From positions 352,001-416,000 of the forward strand of contig CAVZVA010000002.1 in NCBI GenBank assembly GCA_963778655.1: a stretch of 64,000 bases of DNA, read 5' to 3'. Shown here piece by piece: positions 10,347 through 20,224 of this stretch. Made by a program: the position numbers and the translations under genes. This DNA comes from an uncultured delta proteobacterium. Its GTDB lineage: Bacteria; Myxococcota_A; Polyangia; Polyangiales; JAFGIB01. Position 1 is the stretch's first letter; every line of letters begins with the position of its first letter. A model generated the notes under the pieces. That model saw only the letters and a list, made by a program, of their open reading frames with translations. It did not search any database and had not been told where the DNA came from.

Positions 10347-10517
10347 CTAGAGCACCGAACATATTGAAACGCGTGCGAAGTCGGGGTCATGGCGGGATGC
10401 AGGGTGCGGGCGGGAGCCCGAAGGCGTAGTCCATCCTACGTCGAGCGGGAAGCGCGCGTGCCATGCGCCCGCGAGGGCCCCGAAATCGTGCGTGTTTCAA
10501 CATGTTCGGTGCTCTAG
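10347..10517. mobile_element. MITE-like element, copy 1 (171 bp)
   Basis: Terminal inverted repeats CTAGAGCACCGAACAT / ATGTTCGGTGCTCTAG; homologous over its full length to 49740..49909. Confidence 0.85.
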
Positions 10518-10594
10518 CACTCGTGGCTCGCCCGGGCGGGGAGGCGACGACGACTACGAGCACGGGGACGGGGCGTGCGACTCCTGGGCTCGGG

Positions 10595-11857
10595 GTGGGG
10601 CACACTCGGCGGGTGCGGTGGCGTGGGATCGGGTTCTTGGTTTCGGCCCTGCTCTGCGCGGGGGGGCTCGGGCTGGGGGCGCTGCGCGTGGTGGAGCTGC
10701 AGCGCGCAGAGCTGGCGTACGAAGGCGATTGGCGATCGCTGGACCAGCTGGCGCGCGCACCGGGGGCCACCTTGGTCAGCGCGCGGCTGGCCATGGTCGA
10801 GCTGCGCGCCGGCCAGCAGGCGTTGTTCGAGCTGTGCTCGCAGGACCGCCTGCTCGAGACGCGCTGGCGCGATGCCTTCGTGCTCGCCGTGCTCGCGCAA
10901 CCGCAGCCGCGCCTCATGCTGCGGGTGCCGCTCGATCACGCCCACCTCGAGGCGGCGCGGCGCAGCGCCGACGGCGCCTGCTTGCCACTGGGCGGCGGCC
11001 GCATCCAACGCTCGGGCGACTACAGCGTGGAGGCGGTCTGGCCCCAGCACCCGCCGCCGGCCTCGCTGCGTCAGGTACCGCTGCGCGCACGGGTGCTGGC
11101 GCGCGTGCCGCTCGGCCTCGTCGACCGCGGTTGCGTGATTGCGCTCGGGCTCGGGGTCACGCTCGGCCTGGGCCTGCTGCTCGGCGGCGGGCGCGGCGCG
11201 GCCCTGCAGGCCGCCCAGCCGGTGGCGCTGCGCGCGCTACCCGCGGCGCTCGGCGCGGTGCTCGGGCTTCTGGCCCTGACCGCGGCGGCCGAAGTGCCTT
11301 CACGCGGGGCCAGCCAGACGCTGCTCAAAGGCTTGATCCTGGTGGCGCTGCAGGCCGGCGTCGCATGGTCGCTGGCGCGCCGGCTGTGGCCCGGCAAGGT
11401 CGCCGAGCAGCTGGCCCTGCCACCGCCGCCGCGACCGCTGCGCTGGAGCGCCGCCGCGGCGCTCGGCGCCGCCGCCCTGTTCGCGGGCGCGCGGCTCTCG
11501 CTGCGTCTGATCCCCGCCACTGGCGAGGCCCCGATCCAGAGCTTCGTCAGCTGGCCGAGCGGCATGCTGTGCTTCGCGGCACTTGGCACCCTGTTGCCGC
11601 TCGGCGAAGAGCTGTTCTTCCGCGGCTACGTGTACCGCGTGGCATTACGCCTCGGCCCGCGCGCGGCGTTCTCGATCGCGTGGCTGGCGTTCGTGGCGTT
11701 GCACGCGCCCCAGAGCTGGGGAAACTGGGGAGGGCTGTTTGCCGTGGGCCTGGCCGGCGTGGTGCTGACCCTGCTACGCGCGCGCAGCGGCTCGACGCTC
11801 ACGCCGGCGATCGCGCACGTGCTCTACAATTTCGCCCTGTCGATGGCATCGTTCTGA
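10595..11857 (+). CDS. CPBP (CAAX/Abi) family intramembrane glutamic endopeptidase with N-terminal extracytoplasmic domain
   Basis: EELFFRG, FVALH and AHVLYN motifs; start uncertain. Confidence 0.85.
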   Translation: MGHTRRVRWRGIGFLVSALLCAGGLGLGALRVVELQRAELAYEGDWRSLDQLARAPGATLVSARLAMVELRAGQQALFELCSQDRLLETRWRDAFVLAVLAQPQPRLMLRVPLDHAHLEAARRSADGACLPLGGGRIQRSGDYSVEAVWPQHPPPASLRQVPLRARVLARVPLGLVDRGCVIALGLGVTLGLGLLLGGGRGAALQAAQPVALRALPAALGAVLGLLALTAAAEVPSRGASQTLLKGLILVALQAGVAWSLARRLWPGKVAEQLALPPPPRPLRWSAAAALGAAALFAGARLSLRLIPATGEAPIQSFVSWPSGMLCFAALGTLLPLGEELFFRGYVYRVALRLGPRAAFSIAWLAFVALHAPQSWGNWGGLFAVGLAGVVLTLLRARSGSTLTPAIAHVLYNFALSMASF

Positions 11858-11872
11858 TAGATTTCGCGGCCT

Positions 11873-12316
11873 ATGGCATCGCTGCAAGAGCTTCTGGGCG
11901 CCGGCGACAAGCGCGCCGCGTTGGTCGACGACGCGCTGCGCGTGTTGGACGCCGAGGTCGAGGACAAGTCGGGCCTGAGCGGGATCGCGGTCAAGACCGC
12001 GTTCAAGCTGGTCAAGGGCATCAGCCCCGGTTTCCTGCGCGAGGTCGTCGACCACCTGCTCGACGACTTCCTCTCCGCGCTCGATCCCATCTATCAGGAA
12101 GCGCTCTCCCGCGGCGTGCCCCCGCGCCAGCAGCTGCTGCAGAATCCGGCGCGCGTGGCGGACGCCCTGCTCGGCATCACTGACGCACGTGCGCAGCGCG
12201 CCAAGAACCAACTGGTGAAGGCGACCTACGAGAAGCTGCGCGGCCAGGCCAAGAAGCACGTGGAGGCCGCCGTGCCCCGCCTGGGCGAGCTGTTCGAGCG
12301 CCACGCCAAGGCGTAG
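11873..12316 (+). CDS. Conserved hypothetical protein (DUF6918-like)
   Basis: EVEDKSGLSGIAVKTAFKLVKG...YEKLRGQAKKHVEAAVPRL pattern; strong codon bias. Confidence 0.75.
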   Translation: MASLQELLGAGDKRAALVDDALRVLDAEVEDKSGLSGIAVKTAFKLVKGISPGFLREVVDHLLDDFLSALDPIYQEALSRGVPPRQQLLQNPARVADALLGITDARAQRAKNQLVKATYEKLRGQAKKHVEAAVPRLGELFERHAKA

Positions 12317-12333
12317 CGGTCGCATGACATGCG

Positions 12334-12420
12334 GGATGCAACAGGGAGACGCGAAGCCGGCAAGCCGGCATGACGATGCCCTCGAGATCTTCCCGCCTCC
12401 CCTTCTTGCTGCTGTGATCC
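12334..12420. repeat. REP-like palindromic repeat, copy 2 (degenerate)
   Basis: GGATGCAACAGGGAGACGCGAAG ... CTTCCCGCCTCCC. Confidence 0.6.
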
Positions 12421-12460
12421 TCGAATTCGCGCGCGCCCGGGGCGGCCGCCCGAGGCCGGC

Positions 12461-15058
12461 ATGACTCTCCCGGTGGCGAAGGTCACGCCCTTCCGGCTGC
12501 CCGCCCACGTGCGGCCGCTGCGCTACGAGCTCTCGCTCGAGCTCGACCCCACGCGCTCGAGGCGCTATCGCGGCCGCGTGCGTGTCGCGCTGCGGCTCTC
12601 GCGCGCGACGCGCGTGATCGAGCTGCACGCGGTCGACCTCGCGCTGCGCGGCGCGCGCGTGGAGCAAGCTGGTGCCCTCGTGCGTGCGCGCATCGAGCCC
12701 GTGCCCGAGCACGAGAGCGTGCGCGTGCTGCCGGCGCGGCCGCTGCGCGCGGGCGAGGCGGTGCTCGAGCTGCGCTTCTCGGGGCGCTTGCGAGACGACC
12801 TGCGCGGGTTGTACCTGGCGCGCAGCGGCAAGCGCCGCTATGCCTTCACCCAGCTCGAGGCGGCCGATGCGCGGCGCTTCTTTCCCTGCTTCGACGAGCC
12901 GGCCTTCAAGGCGCAGCTCGAGCTCGAGGTCACCACCGCCGCGCGCCTCGCCGTCGTGTCCAACTCGAAACCGCTCGAGCAGACGCCCGCCGGCCGCGGG
13001 CGCAAGCGCGTGCGTTTCGCGCCCACTCCGCTGCTCTCCACCTATCTGCTGGCACTGGCCGTGGGCGAGCTTCAGGCTTCGGCCCCGCTGCGCGCCGGCC
13101 GCACCGAGATTCGCGTGGTGCACGCGCCGGGCGGGCGCCGGCTCACCGCGTTCGCGCTGCGCGCTGCGCGCGAATGCCTGTTGCGCCTGGAGCGCTACTT
13201 CGGCGTGCCCTACCCCTACGCCAAGCTCGATCTGGTCGCCGTGCCCGACTTCGACATGGGCGCGATGGAGAACGCAGGCGCGGTCTTCTTCCGCGAGACC
13301 CTGCTGTTGATCGACGAGCGCAGCGCCACACTGCCGGAGAAGAAGCGCGCGATCGAGGTGATCTGCCACGAGCTGGCGCACATGTGGTACGGCAACCTCG
13401 TCACCATGGCGTGGTGGGACGACCTCTGGCTCAACGAGGCGTTCGCCACCTGGATGGCGTTCAACATCGTCGACGCATGGCAGCCCGAGCTGCGGATGTG
13501 GAACGACTTCGGACACGCGCGCAGCTCCGCGCTCGAGCTCGACGCGCTCGACAGCACGCATCCGATCTACGCCCGCGTGCGCACCGCGGCCGAGGCCACG
13601 CAGGCCTTCGACCTGATCACCTACGAGAAGGGCGCGGCGGTAATCCGCATGCTCGAGCGCTACCTGGGGCCACAGCGCTTCCGGCGCGGCGTGCGCGACT
13701 ACATAAGGGCCCACCGCGAGGGCAACGCGACGGCGGCCGACCTGTGGCGCGCGCTCGAGCGCCACGCCGGCCACGCGGTCGAGCAGGTGGTGCGTCCCTG
13801 GGTCGAGCGCCCGGGCTTTCCGCTGCTGCGGGTGAAGGCCGCGCGCCGCGACGGCGGACGCGGGCTGGGGCTCGCGCAGGAGCGTTTCAGCGCGCGCGGG
13901 CCGGGCGCGCGGCGCGCGGACGGGCCCTGGCCGCTGCCAGTGGTGGTCAAGCTCGGCGTCGGCGGCCGCGAGCGCACGTTACGCCAGCTGATGACGGGCG
14001 CGCGCGCGCAGCTGCCGCTGCCGCGCGGCGCGGGCTTCGTCTACGCCAACGCCGACGAGGGCGGCTTCTACCGCCCGCTGCACGACCCCGCGTTGCAGCG
14101 CGAGCTGCTGGCTGCGCTGCCGCGGCTCAGCGCGAGCGAGCGGCTCGGCCTGGTCACACACGGCTGGGCGTTGCTGCACGCGGGCTACGGCCCGCTGCAG
14201 GACGTGCTCGAGCTATGCGCGGCCCTGCGCGACGAGCCCGACCCGGACGTGTTGGCGGCGTTGCAGGGGCCGCTATGGCAGCTGCTCGACCGCGTCGCGC
14301 CGGGCGCGGGCCGCGACGCGCAGGCACGGCTGCGGCGGTTCATCGCAGCAACCTTCGGGCCGGCCTTCGCGCGCGCCGGCTTCCGCGCGCGCAAGGGCGA
14401 GCCCGAGCACGCGCGCCTGCGCCGCGCCGAGCTGCTGGGCTTGAGCGGGCTGCTGGGCGAGGACCCAGGGGTGGTCGCCGAAGCCGAGGGCGTGCTCGCG
14501 CGCTACCTGCACGCGCCCGGCTCGGTGGAGGCGAATCTGGTCGGGCCGCTGGTGGTGATCGGCGCGCGCCGCAACGGGCGCGAGCTGTTTGCGCGCTATC
14601 TGCGAGGCTCGCTGCAGGCCAAGACGCCGCAGGAGCGGCGCCGCTACCGGATGGCGCTCGGCGAGCTGCGCGATCCCGAGCTGATCGAGCGCGCGCTCTT
14701 GCTGTGCCTCGGCCCCAAGATCCCCACCCAGGACGTCGCGCTGCTGCTCGCGCGCCTGCTTCAGAACCCGTTCGCGCGCGACGCGACCTGGCGCTTCGTC
14801 AAACGCCGCTGGCCCGAGGTGCGGCGGCGCTTGCCGGAGATGCTGCTGAGCCGCCTGATCGCGGCGACGCCAGCGCTGCAAGGCGACGCGCGCCGGCGCG
14901 AGGTCGCCGCGTTCTTCGGCCGCCGGCGGCTGGAGACGGCACAGCGCGCGCTCAAACAGGCCGACGAGCACTTCAAGCTCGATGTCGCGCTGCGCGCACG
15001 CGCGGCGCCCGAGCTGCAGCGCTGGCTGCACGCGCACCCGCCGCCTGCGCAGGGCTGA
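12461..15058 (+). CDS. M1 family aminopeptidase with ERAP1-like C-terminal domain
   Basis: ARRFFPCFDEP, GAMEN, HELAHMW-x-LWLNEAFA and YEKG motifs. Confidence 0.96.
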   Translation: MTLPVAKVTPFRLPAHVRPLRYELSLELDPTRSRRYRGRVRVALRLSRATRVIELHAVDLALRGARVEQAGALVRARIEPVPEHESVRVLPARPLRAGEAVLELRFSGRLRDDLRGLYLARSGKRRYAFTQLEAADARRFFPCFDEPAFKAQLELEVTTAARLAVVSNSKPLEQTPAGRGRKRVRFAPTPLLSTYLLALAVGELQASAPLRAGRTEIRVVHAPGGRRLTAFALRAARECLLRLERYFGVPYPYAKLDLVAVPDFDMGAMENAGAVFFRETLLLIDERSATLPEKKRAIEVICHELAHMWYGNLVTMAWWDDLWLNEAFATWMAFNIVDAWQPELRMWNDFGHARSSALELDALDSTHPIYARVRTAAEATQAFDLITYEKGAAVIRMLERYLGPQRFRRGVRDYIRAHREGNATAADLWRALERHAGHAVEQVVRPWVERPGFPLLRVKAARRDGGRGLGLAQERFSARGPGARRADGPWPLPVVVKLGVGGRERTLRQLMTGARAQLPLPRGAGFVYANADEGGFYRPLHDPALQRELLAALPRLSASERLGLVTHGWALLHAGYGPLQDVLELCAALRDEPDPDVLAALQGPLWQLLDRVAPGAGRDAQARLRRFIAATFGPAFARAGFRARKGEPEHARLRRAELLGLSGLLGEDPGVVAEAEGVLARYLHAPGSVEANLVGPLVVIGARRNGRELFARYLRGSLQAKTPQERRRYRMALGELRDPELIERALLLCLGPKIPTQDVALLLARLLQNPFARDATWRFVKRRWPEVRRRLPEMLLSRLIAATPALQGDARRREVAAFFGRRRLETAQRALKQADEHFKLDVALRARAAPELQRWLHAHPPPAQG

Positions 15059-15082
15059 TCGGGTGCACGCAGCCCAGGCCAT

Positions 15083-15162
15083 GAAACAGGAAGGGGGGAA
15101 GACGGAAAGAGGCGGTTGCCCGTGGCCCGGACCCCTCGGACCTCTTCCCGTCTTGCCGTGAC
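15083..15162. repeat. REP-like palindromic repeat, copy 3
   Basis: AACAGGAAGGGGGGAAGACGGAAAGAGG ... CCTCTTCCCGTCTTGCC. Confidence 0.7.
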
Positions 15163-15249
15163 TGCCGCGTCCGAGCTCGCGTGTGAGCTGGGTCATTGCT
15201 CCGCGCGGACGGGGGGCGGCATGCTGGCGACGAGGCGATCCTCGATTCC

Positions 15250-15603
15250 ATGTTTCTGTCGCGTCACAGCCACGCGGCCGAGCCCTTGCAGGAGCTCGAT
15301 CGCTTCTTTCCCGCGCCCCGGGATGGCCGGCCCTCAAGCGTGGACGCGCAATGCCGGGCGACCGAGCGCCTGATCCACGCCTGCGCCGCGGTGGACCGTC
15401 ACAGCACCACGCTCGACAACCTCGAGCGCTTCGTGCGCGGGAGCCGTGACCCGGCGCGCACGCGCCGGCGGATCACGCTGGCACTGGCGCTCGAGCTGCC
15501 CAGCGCGGACCTGGTCTACGGCCGGGTCGGCAGCGCGGAGCTGGCCATGTTCCGGAGCCTGGCGCGGCGCAAACCGGCCGCCGTGGTATGGGTGTTTTCG
15601 TGA
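15250..15603 (+). CDS. Hypothetical protein
   Basis: Fills the gap before the Crp gene; high GC3; start uncertain. Confidence 0.6.
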   Translation: MFLSRHSHAAEPLQELDRFFPAPRDGRPSSVDAQCRATERLIHACAAVDRHSTTLDNLERFVRGSRDPARTRRRITLALALELPSADLVYGRVGSAELAMFRSLARRKPAAVVWVFS

Positions 15604-15629
15604 GCCTGGCTGCGCTAAGCTCTCGGCCC

Positions 15630-16328
15630 GTGGCGGCCCCGATCGAGCTCCTGCGCAAGGTCCCGCTGTTCAGCGGCTTGGGCGAGCCGGAGCTCGCGTC
15701 GATCGCGGAGCTGGCGGTGCGCAAGCGCTGGCGGGCGCGCGCGACCGTGGTGCGGCTCAGCGATCCCGGCGGCCAGCTGTTCGTAATCGTTCAGGGCCAC
15801 CTCAAGGCGGTCAGCGGCGACGCGGAGGGACACGACACCGCCCTCGCCATCATGGGCCCGGGCGAGGTGTTCGGCGAGATCTCGCTGCTCGACGGCAGGC
15901 CGCGCTCGGCCACGGTCGTCACGCTCGAGGAGTGCGAGCTGCTCATGCTCGACCGCGAGCCGTTCCTGCGCTTCCTGCAGAAATCGCCCAAGACCGCGAT
16001 CGAGCTGTTGCGCGTGCTGACCGGGCGCGTGCGCAGCCTGACCGCGCGCTCCGAGGACCTCGCGTTCCTGCGCGTGGGCAACCGTCTGGCTAAGCGCCTG
16101 GCGGACCTGGCGGAAAGGCACGGCCAGAAGGGCGCGAACGCAGACCTGCGCATCCCGTTCAAGCTCTCGCAGCAGGAAATCGGCGACCTGGTGGGTGCCA
16201 CGCGCGAGAGCGCCAACAAGCAGATCAAGGCCTGGGAGCAGGCCGGTCTGCTGTCGCAGGAAGGCGGCCGTCTGGTGATCCACGACGTCGGGGGCCTGCG
16301 CGCGCTGGCCGGAGACGCCGCAGATTGA
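15630..16328 (+). CDS. Crp/Fnr family transcriptional regulator (cNMP-binding)
   Basis: GPGEVFGEISLLDGRPRSATV and HTH SQQEIGDLVGATRESANK. Confidence 0.95.
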   Translation: MAAPIELLRKVPLFSGLGEPELASIAELAVRKRWRARATVVRLSDPGGQLFVIVQGHLKAVSGDAEGHDTALAIMGPGEVFGEISLLDGRPRSATVVTLEECELLMLDREPFLRFLQKSPKTAIELLRVLTGRVRSLTARSEDLAFLRVGNRLAKRLADLAERHGQKGANADLRIPFKLSQQEIGDLVGATRESANKQIKAWEQAGLLSQEGGRLVIHDVGGLRALAGDAAD

Positions 16329-16373
16329 CTCTCGACGGCGCGCGCCTTCGCGCATACTGCGGGGCGAGGCACG

Positions 16374-18653
16374 ATGCGCGCGAGGCGCCCCTTCTACCCT
16401 GCGTTGCTCTCGACGCCGCTCGGCCGCACGGAGCGAGCGGCGGCCTGGCTGCTGCTCGCGCTGGCGCTCGCGCTGGCGGGCGTGGCGCTGCTGGAGATCG
16501 CGACGCGCCGGGCCCCGGCGCAAGGCTTTGCGCTCGAGCGGTTCGCCGGCGCAGATGATTGCAGCGCGGCGCTGCGGCGTGGGCCAAGAGGCGGCGCGCG
16601 TACGAAGCAGCCTCTGCGGATCGTGAGCGAGCCGTTCCTGCGGCGCAGCCGCCTCGGCGCGGGCTGCCGCCGCTGGAGCGCGTTCATGGTGGTGGACCGC
16701 GCGCGCCGCAGCCAGCTGGAGCTCGAGTCGATCGGCCTGGCGGAGCTGCGCATCGACGGCCGTCTGGTGACCAAGGCGCGCAACCGAAGCGGGTTCCACG
16801 GCGTCCGGCGCCAGCGCGCGCTGGACGTGGGCGTGCACCGCGTCGAGGTGGTGCAGCGGCAAGCGGACCCGGGCGTGGCCTATCTGCGCCTGCGCGAGCA
16901 CGATCTGGCCGAGCCGCACTTCACCTATGCGCTGCCCCCGCTCGAAACCCGGCGCTTCTTCGCCGACGAGCCGCACGCCGCGGCCGCATTGCGCGCTGGG
17001 CTTTCCGGCCCACGCCCGCAACGCGCGCCGCTGGCGCTCGCGGCCTGGATCGCCGCGGCGCTGTGCGCGTGGCTGGCGCTGCGCGCCGCGCGCGGGCGCT
17101 CGCTGCCGGCCTCGCCACCCGACCTCGCGCTCGGCGCCGCGCTGACGCTACTCGCGCTGTGGGTGCGGGCGCGCGGCATCCGCGCGCAGGACGTGGCCTG
17201 GGACGAGCTCGCGTACACCATCGCCGGCCGTAACTTCGTACGCAATCTGCGGCTCGGAGACTTCTCGCTCGACGCGTTCCGCTTCAACTTCTATCACCCG
17301 CCCCTGGCCAAGTGGCTGTACGGCCTCGGCTACATCCTGGGCGGGTTGGAAGGCGCGCGCTGGCTCTCGGCGCTGCTGAGCGCGCTCTCGGTCGGCCTGT
17401 TGTACGCCGCGGCCCGCGCGCTATACGGCCGGCGCGTCGCGGCAGGCGCAGGCGCGGTCGCGACCTTCTTGCCCGGGCTGGTCGCGCACGCGCGACTCAC
17501 CGGGCTGGAATCGGTGCTGGTGTTCTTCTGGATGGCGTCGGTCGCCGCGGCCGTAGCCTGGTTGCGCGAGGTCGAGCGCGCCCGGGACGCTGGCAGCACC
17601 TGCGGCCACGGTTACGCGGCGCTGGCGGCCGCGGCCGGCATGCTCTCGATCGGCGCGCGCATGACGGCGCTGTGGATCGCGCCGCTGCTGCTGCTGATCG
17701 TGGCGCTCGGCTGGGGCGCGCTGCCCTCGCGCCGGCGTGCGGGGTTGCTCGGCGCGCTCGTGCTCGGCGCTGCGCTCGCGCTCGGCGCGATCGCGCTGCT
17801 GTGGCCATGGTTCTCGCACGACCCGCTGGGCAGCTGGTCCAAGATCATCGCGCGCTGGGACACACAGCAGACGACCGAGGTCTTTCTGGGCGAAGATCGC
17901 GCACCTCCGCCCGTCCAGTACTATCTGGCGGCCTTCGCCGGCACCACGCCTGCGCTGCTGCTGCTGGCGGCACTCGCGGGCGCCGCGCTCGGTCTGGCCC
18001 GGCCGCAGCGGCGTCGCGCGACCATCATCGCGCTGTGCTGGCTGGCGTTTCCCTTCCTGCAGAGCCTCTCGTCCTTTCGTCAGGACCTTGCGCGCTACGT
18101 GATCCAGGCCTGGCCTGCGCTCGCGCTGCTGGCAGCGCTGGGCGCCGACGAGTTGCTGCAGCGTGTGCTCGCCCGGGTACACGCGGGCCGCCAGACGCGC
18201 GCGAGCACGCTGCTGCAGGTGGCGTGGACGGCGGCGCTTCCGGTGTACACCGCGCTCTCGCTGCTGCGCGTGGAGCCCTACCCGCTCGATTACTTCAACG
18301 AGCTGCTCGGGGGTCCGGCGGGCGTCGCGCGCAGCCATGCCTTCGAGCTGGCGTGGTGGGGCGAGGGTTTTCGCGATGCCATCGACTACGTCAACCGCAA
18401 GGCTGCCCGCGGCAGCCGGGTGCGGCTCGCGCTCATCCCCGAAGACACCGTGCCGCGCCTGCGCGACGACCTGCGTCCGAGCGCGCGCGGACGCGCCGAC
18501 TACGTGGTGACCAACTACTACAAGTTCCAGCCGGCGCGCCCGCGTGGTTGCATGCGCGTGCACACGGTCCAGGTGCAGCACGCACCGCTGGTCGAGGTGC
18601 TCCGCTGCCCCCGCGCGAAGCGGCGGCGGCCCCGGCGCCCCATCCCCCGGTGA
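16374..18653 (+). CDS. PMT/ArnT-like (GT39/GT83) membrane glycosyltransferase with PA14-like N-terminal domain
   Basis: WDE acidic motif, HPPLAKW, many TMs; N-terminal LRIDGRLV...LDVGVHRVEV resembles PA14. Confidence 0.75.
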   Translation: MRARRPFYPALLSTPLGRTERAAAWLLLALALALAGVALLEIATRRAPAQGFALERFAGADDCSAALRRGPRGGARTKQPLRIVSEPFLRRSRLGAGCRRWSAFMVVDRARRSQLELESIGLAELRIDGRLVTKARNRSGFHGVRRQRALDVGVHRVEVVQRQADPGVAYLRLREHDLAEPHFTYALPPLETRRFFADEPHAAAALRAGLSGPRPQRAPLALAAWIAAALCAWLALRAARGRSLPASPPDLALGAALTLLALWVRARGIRAQDVAWDELAYTIAGRNFVRNLRLGDFSLDAFRFNFYHPPLAKWLYGLGYILGGLEGARWLSALLSALSVGLLYAAARALYGRRVAAGAGAVATFLPGLVAHARLTGLESVLVFFWMASVAAAVAWLREVERARDAGSTCGHGYAALAAAAGMLSIGARMTALWIAPLLLLIVALGWGALPSRRRAGLLGALVLGAALALGAIALLWPWFSHDPLGSWSKIIARWDTQQTTEVFLGEDRAPPPVQYYLAAFAGTTPALLLLAALAGAALGLARPQRRRATIIALCWLAFPFLQSLSSFRQDLARYVIQAWPALALLAALGADELLQRVLARVHAGRQTRASTLLQVAWTAALPVYTALSLLRVEPYPLDYFNELLGGPAGVARSHAFELAWWGEGFRDAIDYVNRKAARGSRVRLALIPEDTVPRLRDDLRPSARGRADYVVTNYYKFQPARPRGCMRVHTVQVQHAPLVEVLRCPRAKRRRPRRPIPR

Positions 18654-18662
18654 GCGATCTCC

Positions 18663-18737
18663 GGATGCAAGAGGAAGGCGGGAAGCTGGGGAGAAACTGG
18701 GGCCTATGCTCTTCCCGTCTTCCTGCCTCCTTGTGAA
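18663..18737. repeat. REP-like palindromic repeat, copy 4
   Basis: GGATGCAAGAGGAAGGCGGGAAG ... CTTCCCGTCTTCCTGCCTCCTTG. Confidence 0.75.
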
Positions 18738-18768
18738 GCTCCTACGCTCCCCGAGTTAGCCTTCACCC

Positions 18769-20109
18769 ATGTCGCTCGATCCCATACAGGGCTTCCTGCT
18801 GGTCATTGCCGCGATCTTTCTGGTCGGCATCGCCGGAGAGCTGGTGTTCGAGCGCACGGGCGTGCCCGACGTGGTGTGGCTGATCCTGGTCGGCGCGCTG
18901 ATCGGGCCCATCACCTCGCTGGTGCGCCGCGACGATCTGCTCTCGGTCGCGCCCTACTTCGGCGCCATTACGCTGGTGGTGGTGTTGTTCAGCGGCGGCA
19001 CCAACCTGCGTTTGGCCGATCTCGGCCGCGCCGCCCCGCGCGCCACGCTGCTGGCCGTGAGCGGCTTTGTGCTGGCAATGCTGGCGGTGTGCCTGCTGTC
19101 GCTGGTCGCGGCCTGGCTCGGCTTGCTGCCGCCGCAGTGGAGCCTGCTGCACGGGCTGCTGCTCGGCGCCATCCTGGGCGGCTCGAGCTCGGTGGTGGTG
19201 ATGCCTTCGCTGCAAAAGGCCAAGCTCGCGCCCGAGATCTCCAACCTGATGAACGTCGAGTCCGCGCTCACCGACATTCTGTGCGTGGTGGTGGCCGGGG
19301 CGCTGATCCAGGTGATGCAGGCGGGCGCGGTCGACACCCGCGCCGCGCTGCTGCAGCTCGGCCGGTCGTTCGGGCTGGGACTGGGTCTGGGGGTGGCCGC
19401 CGGCCTGATGACGCTGCCGGTCCTGCGCGGCCTCTCGGCCAGCGCCTACGGCTATCCGCTCACGCTCGCCGCGTTGCTGGTGCTCTACGTGGGCACCGAC
19501 CTGCTCGGCGGCAGCGCCGCGCTCGCCATCCTGACCATGGCTGTGATCGTCGGCAACGCGCCCGCGCTGAGCCAGGGCATGGGTATGGCGCGTCCGCTCT
19601 CGCTGGGCGCGGGCGTGAGCGGGGTGCACCAGCAGGTCACCTTCATCGTCAAGTCGTTCTTCTTCACCTTGATCGGTGCGCTGCTCGCCCCGCCCGCGGG
19701 CCAGCTCGTGCTGGGCGTGGTGCTGGGCGCGGCGCTGCTGCTGGCGCGGCTGCCGGCGGCGGCGCTGTGCACGCTGCGCATGCCGAACGCCAAGCAGGTG
19801 CGCGCGCTGGTCGCCGTGAGCCTGCCGCGGGGGATGGCGGCCGGGGTGCTGTCCATGCTGCCGGCCCAGGCGGGCATCCCGGGCACGCAGGACCTACCGG
19901 TGATCGTGTTCGCCGCGACCACCACCACCATCGTCACCTTCGCGGTCGGCTTCCCGGTGCTGAGGAAGCGCTTGCTCGCAGTGCAGGGGGCGGCCGCGGC
20001 GACGGGGGCGGAAGCGACCGCCGAGCCTGCGCAAGCCGCGGCGGGCGCGCAGGAGCCGCCCGCGCAGGACACGCCGGCGGACGACGGCGGCGCAGGTCAA
20101 GAGCGGTGA
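18769..20109 (+). CDS. Cation:proton antiporter (CPA1/NhaP type)
   Basis: About 13 TMs; ESALTD and LPRGMAAGVL motifs. Confidence 0.88.
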   Translation: MSLDPIQGFLLVIAAIFLVGIAGELVFERTGVPDVVWLILVGALIGPITSLVRRDDLLSVAPYFGAITLVVVLFSGGTNLRLADLGRAAPRATLLAVSGFVLAMLAVCLLSLVAAWLGLLPPQWSLLHGLLLGAILGGSSSVVVMPSLQKAKLAPEISNLMNVESALTDILCVVVAGALIQVMQAGAVDTRAALLQLGRSFGLGLGLGVAAGLMTLPVLRGLSASAYGYPLTLAALLVLYVGTDLLGGSAALAILTMAVIVGNAPALSQGMGMARPLSLGAGVSGVHQQVTFIVKSFFFTLIGALLAPPAGQLVLGVVLGAALLLARLPAAALCTLRMPNAKQVRALVAVSLPRGMAAGVLSMLPAQAGIPGTQDLPVIVFAATTTTIVTFAVGFPVLRKRLLAVQGAAAATGAEATAEPAQAAAGAQEPPAQDTPADDGGAGQER

Positions 20110-20138
20110 GGGCGCCCCGCGCGCGACCGCCGCATTCC

Positions 20139-20212
20139 GGAAACAGGAAAGCGGGCAGACGGGAAGGGCTTGTCAGCACAATCGCTCTCTCGTCCCGCCT
20201 GCCCGTTGCGTT
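20139..20212. repeat. REP-like palindromic repeat, copy 5 (between convergent genes)
   Basis: AACAGGAAAGCGGGCAGACGGGAAG ... CGTCCCGCCTGCCCGTT. Confidence 0.7.
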
Positions 20213-20224
20213 TCGCTTCGTGGA

